A DNA stretch of 64,000 nucleotides. It comes from Eledone cirrhosa. Lineage: Eukaryota. The notes beneath the pieces were generated by a model. The model worked only from the letters and a program-made list of their open reading frames with translations, did not search any database and was not told where the DNA came from. The stretch covers positions 7,130,001 to 7,194,000 of the forward strand of contig OZ024757.1 of the NCBI GenBank assembly GCA_964016885.1. Direction: 5' to 3'. A program made the translations under genes and the position numbers. Positions 13,030 to 26,900 of this stretch are shown one piece after another. Every line of letters begins with the position of its first letter. Position 1 is the first letter of the stretch.

Positions 13030-13266
13030 CATATTACATATATACATATTACATATATATATATATACATATTACATATATATATATATATATATACATA
13101 CATATAAACATATTTCATATATACATATATATGCATATACATAAACATATTACATATATACATATATATACATATATATATATAGATATATATATACATA
13201 TATATAAACATATTACATATATACATATATATACATATATATATATACATATTACATATATACATG

Positions 13267-13306
<40 letters not shown>

Positions 13307-13472
13307 AAGAATTAATATCTAGTAACATATGTATACAGATGCATATCAATGCTAGCAAATATATAGGCTTTGTCTAGGTAACTTTGTGGTTCAATGCATG
13401 GGGTTGCAGAACAATAATATGAGAGACGTAAAATAAGAAAATTATAAAATTAACTTACTTACTAAAATATCA

Positions 13473-13552
13473 CTTCCAACTAATTAGTTTCTGAAATGGA
13501 ATAAATAAACTTTCCGACGAAAATATAGAGAATCATTTCGTCGTCAGGGAAG
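13473..13552 (-). ncRNA. Type I hammerhead ribozyme motif, family D
   Basis: CUUCC-CUGACGA-c-GAAAUG..CAUUUC-a-GAAA-CUAAUUAG-UU^-GGAAG; stem I CUUCC/GGAAG; palindromic stem III ACUAAUUAGU. Confidence 0.8.
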
Positions 13553-13708
13553 ACTATTCTCAGCTAAGTGTCCAGGCATTCTCAGCTAATTGTCCAGACT
13601 CTGGAAACTTATACAAAAATAATTCAGTAGATAGAAAATAGCAAAGCGTGGACTGGATTCCTAGCCATTGAGAAAATCACTGCCTCTGCGTCGGTGGCTG
13701 AGAATAGT

Positions 13709-13788
13709 CTTCCCTGACGACGAAATGATTCTCAATATTTTCTTCGGAAAGTATATTTATACCATTTCAGAAACTAATTAGTTGGGAG
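13709..13788 (+). ncRNA. Type I hammerhead ribozyme motif, family D
   Basis: CUUCC CUGACGA cGAAAUG..AUAUUUUC(UUCG)GAAAGUAU..CAUUUCa GAAA CUAAUUAG UU^ GGGAG; predicted cut after 13783. Confidence 0.8.
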
Positions 13789-14232
13789 AGAAATTTTAGT
13801 AAGTAAGTTAATTTTATAATTTTCTTATTTTACGTCTCTCATATTATTATTCTGCAACCCCATGCATTGAACCACAAAGTTACTAAGAGAAAAACCTATA
13901 TATTTGCTAGCATTGATATGCATCTGTATGTATACATATGTTACTAAATATTAATTCTTTATAATTATCTCCAAATTATTTGTCGAGCAATATTTTGGCC
14001 ACGACTGCTGCTATGGTAGCAGGCAGGCCACTGTCTTATTAAGAAACCACTTTCAGCTGATTGACCTCGATGTCACGTGATTCATTCTTTTTGAATTTGC
14101 CACCGACGCAGAGGCAGTGATTTTCTCAATGGCTAGGGATTCAGTCCACGCTTTGCTATTTTCTATCCACTGAATTATTTTTGTATAAGTTTCCCGAGTC
14201 CTCGCTTTGCCTGGACACTTAGCTGAGAATAG

Positions 14233-14312
14233 TTTTCCTGACGACGAAATGATTCTTTATATTTTCTTCGGAAAGTATATTTATTCTATTTCAGAAACAA
14301 ATTAGTTGGGAG
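14233..14312 (+). ncRNA. Hammerhead motif family D, second tandem copy (slightly mutated)
   Basis: Core CUGACGA/GAAA intact; stem III reads ACAAAUUAGU (one mismatch); predicted cut after 14307, 524 nt from the previous site. Confidence 0.65.
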
Positions 14313-14358
14313 TGAAATTTTAGTAAGTAAGTTAATTTTATAATTTTCTTAATTTACA

Positions 14359-14396
<38 letters not shown>

Positions 14397-14880
14397 TACA
14401 TATATATATATATACATATTACATATATATATATATATATATACATATTACATATATACATATATATATATACATATTACATATATACATATTACATATA
14501 TATACATATATATATACATATTACATATATACATATATACATATTACATATATACATATATAAATATTACATATATATATATATATATACATATAACAAA
14601 TATATATATATACATATTACATATATATATATACATATTACATATATATATATACACATTACATATATATATATATTACATATATATATATACATATTAC
14701 ATATATATATATATACGTACATATTACATATATATATACATATATACATATTACATATATATACATATATACATATTACATATATATATATACATATATA
14801 CAGATTACATATATACATATATATATATTCATATTACATATATATACATATATATATATATATACATATTACATATATCT

Positions 14881-14942
<62 letters not shown>

Positions 14943-15611
14943 TACGTATATATATATACATATATACATGTATATATATATACATATATACATATTACAT
15001 ATATATACATATTACATATATATTCATATTACATTATATATATACATATTACATATATACATATATACATATTACATATTATATATATATATATACATAT
15101 TACACACATATATATATATATACATACATATTACATATATATATATAAATATATACATATTACATATATATACATATATACATATATACATATTACATAT
15201 ATATACATATATACATATTACATATATATATATACATATATACAGATTACATATATACATATATACATGTATATATATATACATATATACATATTACATA
15301 TATATACATATTACATATATATACATATTACATTATATATATACATATTACATATATACATATATACATATTACATATTATATATATATATATATTACAC
15401 ACATATATATATACATACATATTACATATATATATATAAATATATACATATTACATATATATACATATATACATATATACATATTACATATATATACATA
15501 TATACATATTACATATATATATATACATATATACAGATTACATATATTCATATATATATATACATATTACATATATATACATATATATATATACATATTA
15601 CATATATGTAT

Positions 15612-15676
<65 letters not shown>

Positions 15677-16502
15677 TACATATGTATATATATATACATA
15701 TATACATGTATATATATATACATATATACATATATATGTATATATATACATATATACACATATATACATATTACATATATATATACATATATACATATAT
15801 ATATATATACATATATACATATTACATATATATACATATTACATATATATACATATTGCATTATATATATACATATTACATATATATACATATATACATA
15901 TTACATATATATATATACATTTTACATATATATATATTACATATATATATACATATTACATATATATACATATTACATATATATACATATATACATATAT
16001 ATACATATATACATATTACATATATACATATATACATAATACATATATATATATATATACATATTACATATATATACATATATACATATTACTTTTTTAT
16101 ATATATACATATTACATATATATATATACATATTATATATATATAAAGATATACATATTACATATATATATACATATTACATATGTATATATATACATAT
16201 TACATATATATATACATATATACATATTACATATATATATATACATATATACATATTACATATATATAGATATACATATATACATATACATATAGATAGT
16301 ATTAGTTATACTATTTATGGTTATGTAAACACAAAACCTTAAGCAGTTGTAAGTATTTTACACACACCCTAAATAGTGGTAGGCAGTAATGTATTACTAC
16401 CTTATTACCAGTAAGTTAAGTAGCTCAATGTAAAAACATCAGATGATTTACAGAGCAGTTATATGAAATATATGAATCAAAGAACTGTTCAAAACATTAT
16501 TG

Positions 16503-16549
16503 TGCTTACAGCTGTTTCCTCCAAACCGAGGTTTGGATTCTTCGGAGCA
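16503..16549 (-). ncRNA. Hammerhead variant motif, family B
   Basis: Exact reverse complement of 18359-18405. Confidence 0.7.
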
Positions 16550-16598
16550 ATTTATTAATGCATGGACAGTTATATGACCTCCTTTTCAGCCGAGAACT

Positions 16599-16913
16599 GC
16601 CGAGAACTGCTTCAAAATTAGATATAACTCGCACATCCACTCGTTCAAAAAGCACAGCCTAGCCAACTCCACCTCACTTTCTAGCTACATTCACTATCTA
16701 AAATCTAAAAATAAACCATACACACTCAAATGGGAAGTGATAGGCAGCGCGACCTCGTATAAACCACCTAATAAATTCTGTAACCTCTGTATACTAGAGA
16801 CACACAATATTATCTTCTCCAACCGTAACCTACTTAACAAAAAATCTGAGGTGTTTGCAACTTGCCAGCACCGCCTCAGACATTCCTTCCAAAACTTTAA
16901 GCCCCATATATAG
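16599..16913 (+). pseudogene. C-terminal 104 aa of a Penelope-like GIY-YIG endonuclease (no start codon, absent from the ORF track)
   Basis: My translation: AENCFKIRYNSHIHSFKKHSLANSTSLSSYIHYLKSKNKPYTLKWEVIGSATSYKPPNKFCNLCILETHNIIFSNRNLLNKKSEVFATCQHRLRHSFQNFKPHI*; FKxRYxxH, CxLCxxE, LLN and CxH motifs. Confidence 0.8.
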
Positions 16914-18358
16914 CAATGTCGGACTGGAACCTAACACCACATCTAGCATCAAACACCAGAGACACACCCTATACTACATACCCAACACTAGCTGATCCAT
17001 TATAACACAAACAACGACATCCCTCTGGAACCCTTCGCAGGGAAAATACCCATTTATACCTCTACGGCAGGTGTGACAACATCCACCCACCTGGACGGCG
17101 CTACGCCGCTCTAAGGGTAATTTGAGCATCAATTGATCGGTTGGATGGTGTTGGGCAGAGGAAACACCTTCCTTAGACAGATGTAAAATGTTTTAATCGA
17201 GTAGCGCTGTTGACCAGTAGGACCAGGCCGCTGAGCGCAGTGAGTGAATGCAATGCAACTGCCGTGCGGGTTGTACGTATATGGATGATCTGACGGTCAG
17301 AGAGGGGTCGCGAGGACTGCGACTTGACCTTTGGCCTGCCTGGGGATGATTATCTTTCGACATCCAATGTAGCAAGCGATGACCCGGATCTTACCAGAGA
17401 TCATTGGGTCCTGAAGCAATCCTGCAATCACCGCGCCTGGTCATATGAGCAGACTACAACCATAGAGATCATTAATTTAGAATCCTCGCTCATCATCTAT
17501 AATTTCCATTTGTAGCACCTTAAGATGGGTTAATCCACCCTAATAATAATATGATCACCTTCAGCATAATTTAGTTAAACTACTCTATAGTTAGTACACT
17601 TTATGCTTTAAAAGTCTCTCTTGGAAGGTGCACCTCACCATAGAATTTAGGGTCTATATTGAGACACACTTTAATGGCTAGATATAGAAACCCCAGAGTT
17701 ACCTCCCCGCATGCATTAACTCCCCTTAGCCACACACACACTTCCGGTATTCAATGGCGTCTCTCGAAACGTAACAACCACCTGTATCGAACTAAAGAGC
17801 ACCAGACTACGATCTCTAACTGGATTGTCGTGGATTATGTGAAAGGCATATAATCGAAATATACACTCCCTTGACCATGAAAATACCGAAGTACATGAAT
17901 TACTTGACATCCCTGCGCTGTGCATCTCCAATACTTATAACACTTTTAATGCTTGCACTATCTTTAATGCTTATAATATTTCTCCACACACAGACTATAT
18001 CAATCATATAAAGACTTTGCCACCATATCTACCAACCTAACACTCTTATTTACCTACCTAAGTGCCTCTACCACACATATCTCTCTGCCACACTATATAA
18101 ACAAGACGCACATGCGTGCCACACATATAACATTTGCACTATATAACCACTTATCTTCATGTTGTACTTTAACCTATATCTTTGATTTTTTTGATTGTAC
18201 CTATTAATATAAATGTAATCTCGAAGTGTGTACTGCCACTCTAAATTCTGTAATGAATGTTGACCCACAATGTTTGAATATGTATCAATGTTTGAATATG
18301 TATTGGTATGTCTCTCGGCTGAAAAGGAGGTCATATAACTGTCCATGCATTAATAAAT

Positions 18359-18405
18359 TGCTCCGAAGAATCCAAACCTCGGTTTGGAGGAAACAGCTGT
18401 AAGCA
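18359..18405 (+). ncRNA. Hammerhead variant motif, family B (core CCGAAGA)
   Basis: UGCU CCGAAGA a UCCAAACC uc GGUUUGGA g GAAA CAGCUG UA^ AGCA; stem I UGCU/AGCA, 8-bp stem II, palindromic stem III ACAGCUGU. Confidence 0.7.
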
Positions 18406-18539
18406 CAATAATGTTTTGAACAGTTCTTTGATTCATATATTTCATACATATAGATATACATATTACATATATATATATATACATATATACATATATATAT
18501 ACATATATACAAATTACGTATATATATATACATATATAC

Positions 18540-18572
<33 letters not shown>

Positions 18573-19426
18573 CATATATACATATATATATACATATATA
18601 CATATTACATATATATACATATTACATATATATACATATTACATTATATATATACATATTACATATATACACATATATACATATTACATATATATATATA
18701 TACATATTACATATATATATACATATTACATATATATACATATATACATATATATACATATATACATATTACATATATACATATATACATATTATATATA
18801 TATACATATTACATATATATATATATATATATATACATATTACTTTTTTATATATATACATATTACATATATATATACATATTATATATATATATATACA
18901 TATTACATATATATATACATATTATATATATATATATACATATTACATATATATATATACATATTACATATATATATATATACATATTACACATATATAT
19001 ATATATATACATACTTATTACATATATATATACATATATATATACATATATACCTATTACATATATATATATATATATATACATATATACATATTACATA
19101 TATATGTATACATATATACATATTAAATATATTCATATATATATATATATACATATTACATATATATATATACATATTTACATATATATAGATATACATA
19201 TTACATATATGTATATGCATATATACATATATATATACATATATACATATTACGTATATATATATACATATATACATATATATATATACATATATACATA
19301 TATATATATAGACATATATACACATATATACATATTACATATATATATATATACATATATACATATATATATCTACATATATTAAGAGAGTAAAACAAAG
19401 AAGCCTTCAATACATCAAAAGTCTTT

Positions 19427-19472
19427 ATTAGCCGACAATGTTTCGTCCTATTAAGGACTCATCAGGGCAATT
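19427..19472 (-). ncRNA. Canonical minimal type I hammerhead ribozyme, family A, in a ~120-bp island (19378-19495)
   Basis: AUUGCC CUGAUGA GUCCU uaau AGGAC GAAAC AUU GUC^ GGC UAAUAAA; all core nucleotides canonical, GUC cleavage triplet. Confidence 0.9.
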
Positions 19473-20176
19473 AAAACAACAAGTAATAACGGTATATATA
19501 CGTATATACATATTACATATATACATATATACATATTACATATATATATATATACATATTACATATATATATATATATATACATATTACTTTTTTATATA
19601 TATACATATTACATATATATACATATTATATATATATAAAGATATACATATTACATATATATATATATATTACATATATATATATATACATATTATATAT
19701 ATAGATATATATATACATATTACACACATATATATATATATACATACATATTACATATATATATACATATATACATATTACATATATATATATACATATA
19801 TACATATTACATATATATATATACATATATACATATTAAATATATACATATATATATATGCATATTATATATATATATATATATACATATATAGATATAT
19901 ATATAGATATACATATTACATATATATATACATATATACATATATATATATATACATATATACATATATATAGATACATATATACATATATATATACATA
20001 TATACATATTACATATATATACATATTACATATATATATATATACATATTACATATATATACATATACATATTACATATATACATATCACATATATATAC
20101 ATATATACATATTACATATATATACATATACATATAACATATATATACATATACATATATACATATATATATATAC

Positions 20177-20234
<58 letters not shown>

Positions 20235-20237
20235 TAC

Positions 20238-20292
<55 letters not shown>

Positions 20293-20375
20293 TTACATAT
20301 ATCCATATATATCCATATATATATATATACATATAACATATGTATATATATACATATTACATTTATACATATTAC

Positions 20376-20447
<72 letters not shown>

Positions 20448-20557
20448 TACATATATACATATATACATATTACATATATACATATATACATATTTCATAT
20501 ATATATATACATATTACATATATATATATATATATACATATTACATATATACATGTA

Positions 20558-20598
<41 letters not shown>

Positions 20599-20599
<1 letters not shown>

Positions 20600-21640
20600 A
20601 AGAATTAATATCTAGTAACATATGTATACAGATGCATATCAATGCTAGCAAATATATAGGCTTTGTCTAGGTAACTTTGTGGTTCAATGCATGGGGTTGC
20701 AGAACAATAATATGAGAGACGTAAAAGAAGAAAATTATAAAATTAACTTACTTACTAAAATATCACTTCCAACTAATTAGTTTCTGAAATGGAATAAATA
20801 AACTTTCCGACGAAAATATAGAGAATCATTTCGTCGTCAGGGAAGACTATTCTCAGCTAAGTGTCCAGGCATTCTCAGCTAAGTGTCCAGACTCTGGAAA
20901 AATAATTCAGTAGATAGAAAATAGCAAAGCGTGGACTGGATTCCTAGCCATTGAGAAAATCACTGCCTCTGCGTCGGTGGCTGAGAATAGTCTTCCCTGA
21001 CGACGAAATGATTCTCAATATTTTCTTCGGAAAGTATATTTATACCATTTCAGAAACTAATTAGTTGGGAGTGAAATTTTAGTAAGTAAGTTAATTTTAT
21101 AATTTTCTTATTTTACGTCTCTCATATTATTGTTCTGCAACCCCATGCATTGAACCACAAAGTTACTAAGAGAAAACCTATATATTTGCTAGCATTGATA
21201 TGCATCTGTATGTATACATATGTTACTAGATATTAATTCTTTATAATTATCTCCAAATTATTTGTCGAGCAATATTTTGGCCACGACTTCTGCTATGGTA
21301 GAAGGCAGGCCACTGCCTTATTAAGAAACCACTTTCAGCTGATTGACCTCGATGTCACGTGATTCATTCTTTTTGAATTTGCCACCGACGCAGAGGCAGT
21401 GATTTTCTCAATGGCTAGGGATTCAGTCCACGCTTTGCTATTTTCTATCCACTGAATTATTTTTGTATAAGTTTCCCGAGTCCTCGCTTTGCCTGGACAC
21501 TTAGCTGAGAATAGATTTCCTGACGACGAAATGATTCTTTATATTTTCTTCGGAAAGTATATTTATTCTATTTCAGAAACAAATTAGTTGGGAGTGAAAT
21601 TTTAGTAAGTAAGTTAATTTTATAATTTTCTTATTTTACA

Positions 21641-21648
<8 letters not shown>
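20599..21648. mobile_element. Family D element block 2, with hammerheads at 20766-20845 (-), 20992-21071 (+) and ~21515-21594 (+)
   Basis: Near-identical to 13306-14367; predicted + strand cuts after 21066 and 21589 (523 nt apart). Confidence 0.85.
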
Positions 21649-21686
<38 letters not shown>

Positions 21687-21725
21687 TACATATATATATA
21701 TATACATATTACATATATATATATA

Positions 21726-21792
<67 letters not shown>

Positions 21793-22224
21793 TACATATA
21801 TACATATATATATATATACATATTACATATATACATATTACATATATATGCATATATATATACATATTACATATATACATATATACATATTACATATATA
21901 CATATATAAATATTACATATATATATATATACATATAACATATATATATATATATACATATTACATATATATATATACATATTACATATATATATATACA
22001 CATTACATATATATATATATTACATATATATATATACATATTACATATATATATATATACGTACATATTACATATATATATACATATATACATATTACAT
22101 ATATATACATATATACATATTACATATATATATATACATATATACAGATTACATATATACATATATATATATTCATATTACATATATATACATATGTATA
22201 TATATATACATATTACATATATCT

Positions 22225-22287
<63 letters not shown>

Positions 22288-22963
22288 TACATATTACGTA
22301 TATATATATACATATATACATGTATATATATATACATATATACATATTACATATATATACATATTACATATATATACATATTATATTATATATATACATA
22401 TTACATATATACATATATACATATTACATATTATATATATATATATACATATTACACACACATATATATATATACATACATATTACATATATATATATAA
22501 ATATATACATATTACATATATATACATATATACATATATATATATTACATATATATACATATATACATATTAGATATATATATATACATATATACAGATT
22601 ACATATATACATATATACATGTATATATATATACATATATACATATTACATATATATACATATTACATATATATACATATTACATTATATATATACATAT
22701 TACATATATACATATATACATATTACATATTATATATATATATATATATTACACACATATATATATATACATACATATTACATATATATATATAAATATA
22801 TACATATTACATATATATACATATATACATATATACATATTACATATATATACATATATACATATTACATATATATATATACATATATACAGATTACATA
22901 TATACATATATATATACATATTACATATATATACATATATATATATACATATTACATATATGT

Positions 22964-23024
<61 letters not shown>

Positions 23025-23726
23025 TACATATGTATATATATATACATATATACATGTATATATGTATACATATATACATATATATGTGTATATACACATA
23101 TATACACATATATACATATTACAGATATATATACATATATACATATATATATATATACATATATACATATTACATATATATACATATTACATATATATAC
23201 ATATTACATTATATATATACATATTACATATATATACATATATACATATTACATATATATATATACATTTTACATATATATATATATTACATATATATAT
23301 ACATATTACATATATATACATATTACATATATATACATATATACATATATATACATATATACATATTACATATATACATATATACATAATACATATATAT
23401 ATATATACATATTACATATATATACATATATACATATTACTTTTTTATATATATACATATTACATATATATATATACATATTATATATATATAAAGATAT
23501 ACATATTACATATTACATATATATATACATATTACATATATATATACATATTACATATATATATACATATTACATATATATATACATATATACATATTAC
23601 ATATATATATATACATATATACATATTACATATATATAGATATACATATATACATATATATATATATACATATATACATATATATATACATATATACAAA
23701 TTACGTATATATATATACATATATAC

Positions 23727-23763
<37 letters not shown>

Positions 23764-24646
23764 CATATATACATATATATATACATATATACATATTACA
23801 TATATATACATATTACATACATATACATATTACATTATATATATACATATTACATATATACACATGTATACATATTACATATATATATATATACATATTA
23901 CATATATATACATATTACATATATATATACATATTACATATATATACATATATAAATATATATACATATATACATATTACATATATACATATATACATAT
24001 TATATATATATACATATTACATATATATATATATATATATATATACATATTACTTTTTTATATATATACATATTACATATATATATACATATTATATATA
24101 TATATACATATTACATATATATATATACATATTATATATATATATATATACATATTACATATATATATATATACATATTACATATATATATATATATACA
24201 TATTACACATATATATATATATATACATACTTATTACATATATATATACATATATACTTATTACATATATATATATATATATATATACATATATACATAT
24301 TACATATATATGTATACATATATACATATTAAATATATTCATATATATATATATATACATATTACATATATATATATACATATATACATATATATAGATA
24401 TACATATTACATATATGTATATACATATATACATATATATATACATATATATATACATATATACATATTACGTATATATATATACATATATACATATATA
24501 TATATACATATATACATATATATATATAGACATATATACACATATATACATATTACATATATATATATATATACATATATACATATATATATCTACATAT
24601 ATTAAGAGAGTAAAACAAAGAAGCCTTCAATACATCAAAAGTCTTT

Positions 24647-24692
24647 ATTAGCCGACAATGTTTCGTCCTATTAAGGACTCATCAGGGCAATT
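24647..24692 (-). ncRNA. Hammerhead ribozyme family A, copy 2
   Basis: Identical motif to 19427-19472, 5220 bp downstream. Confidence 0.9.
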
Positions 24693-25388
24693 AAAACAAC
24701 AAGTAATAACGATATATATACGTATATACATATTACATATATACATATATACATATTACATATATATATATATACATATTACATATATATATATATATAT
24801 ACATATTACTTTTTTATATATATACATATTACATATATATATCTACATATTATATATATATAAAGATATACATATTACATATATATATATATATATTACA
24901 TATATATATATATACATATTATATATATAGATATATATATACATATTACACACATATATATATATATACATACATATTACATATATATATACATATATAC
25001 ATATTACATATATATATATATACATATATACATATTACATATATATATATACATATATACATATTAAATATATACATATATATATATACATATTATATAT
25101 ATATATATATATACATATATAGATATATATATAGATATACATATTACATATATATATACATATATACATATATATATATACATATATACATATATATAGA
25201 TACATATATACATATATATATACATATATACATATTACATATATATACATATTACATATATATATATATACATATTACATATATATACATATACATATTA
25301 CATATATACATATCACATATATATACATATATACATATTACATATATATACATATACATATTACATATATATACATATACATATATAC

Positions 25389-25462
<74 letters not shown>

Positions 25463-25569
25463 TACATATATACATATATATATATATATATAATTATTAC
25501 ATATATCCATATATATATATATACATATAACATATGTATATATAGACATATTACATATATACATATTAC

Positions 25570-25647
<78 letters not shown>

Positions 25648-25937
25648 TACATATATACATATATACATATTACAAATATACATATATACATATTTCATAT
25701 ATATATATACATATTACATATATATATATATACATATTACATATATATATATACATATTACATATATATATGTATACATATTACTTATATATATATATAT
25801 ATATTACATATATATACATATTACAGATATATATATACACATATTACATATATATGTATACATGTAACATATATATATACATATTACATATATATATATA
25901 CATATTACATATATATATATATATATTACATATATAT

Positions 25938-25990
25938 AGATGAGATTCTACAGGACTAGAACTGTTTCATTCTTTAGAAATCATCAGGAA

Positions 25991-26029
<39 letters not shown>

Positions 26030-26212
26030 GAGATTCTACAGGACTAGAACTGTTTCATTCTTTAGAAATCATCAGATTCCTGATGATTTCTAAAGAATGA
26101 AACAGTTCTAGTCCTGTAGAATCTCATCTATATTAAAACTTTCATACTCTGCAATGTATTGAGTACCTTACTTACTGTGGTTACCTCCGATTCAACCCGG
26201 AATAACGTACTA
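25938..26212. mobile_element. Short Penelope-type terminal fragment cluster with three hammerhead family C motifs
   Basis: Copies at 25942-25994 (-), 26030-26075 (-, truncated in stem I) and 26074-26124 (+), separated or flanked by (TC)n/(TA)n. Confidence 0.75.
26074..26124 (+). ncRNA. Type I hammerhead ribozyme motif, family C
   Basis: AGAUUC CUGAUGA u UUC uaaa GAA u GAAA CAG uucuaguc CUG UA^ GAAUCU; 6-bp stem I (7 bp in the minus copy), 4-bp stem III. Confidence 0.85.
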
Positions 26213-26231
26213 TATATATATATATATATAT

Positions 26232-26900
26232 ATAGTAGAATATTCGCGTATCGAAAAATCGGCGCACGAGTTCACGATAAACAAAATTCGAAATGAGCGG
26301 CAGAGGGCTCAATAATTCAGATAAATCAGAGCTATAACTATCGTTAAAATACCGTCACACATAGAACATGTCTACAATCAACCATACGACCGAAAAATTG
26401 CGATATGGAAGATTCGGGACACTCAGATAAAATATCAATAAATCAAAAAATCAAATGAATGTAAAAAGCATACCCGGACCCGCTAGAAAGATGGTAAATC
26501 TAGCTTCTTGGGTTTCTGTAAATCCTTAAACTGGCCTCTATCAGCTCACATAAAAATATATAAGACTTCTAGAAGCCAGCGGACCGGATTTTTACTTCCT
26601 CAACGAGCTTTTGTCCGAACGAATGAAAAGGCATAACCCAGGTTGAAAGAACGCACATGTAATTCAGCAAGGGAGATAACCTCTATATCCGCAAAAAATA
26701 TTCGGGAAAATGTGGAAATACACATATCGAATAAGAGTGCTCAATAGACATGTTAAAATAAACAGGAGCTATTCATCATTTAATAGAATCGACAAAAAAG
26801 GAACAATAAAATTGACTGGTCAATAGCTAGGTCTAGAGCTAAATATAGTAGAATAATCGAGTATCGAAAAATCGGCGCACGAGTTCACGATGAACAAAAT
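26232..26900. mobile_element. Non-coding element with ~55-bp terminal direct repeat, inserted in (TA)n
   Basis: tagtagaata..cg.gtatcgaaaaatcggcgcacgagttcacgat.aacaaaat occurs at ~26232 and ~26846. Confidence 0.65.

Larger units (their letters stand above)
13306..14367. mobile_element. Hammerhead-bearing non-coding element (family D), block 1: inverted partial copy plus ~1.3 tandem copies of a ~524-bp monomer
   Basis: 13306-13564 is the reverse complement of 13697-13960; gctgagaatag..tctca recurs at 13697 and 14222; flanked by (TA)n. Confidence 0.85.
16297..18447 (+). mobile_element. 5'-truncated Penelope-like element: inverted pseudo-LTR piece, GIY-YIG C-terminus and long 3' non-coding region
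   Basis: About 16463-16595 is the reverse complement of 18313-18445; endonuclease-like frame 16599-16913; hammerhead motif in both arms; inserted in the TA satellite. Confidence 0.85.

Noticed and set aside
13714-13725. Stem II-less hammerhead reading CUGACGA-C-GAAA
   Set aside because: No stems I and III form with this GAAA; the downstream GAAA at 13770 gives a complete fold supported by covariation
26500-26550. Hammerhead on the minus strand (CUGAUAGA...GAAAC)
   Set aside because: Extra core nucleotide and no pairing for stems I or III
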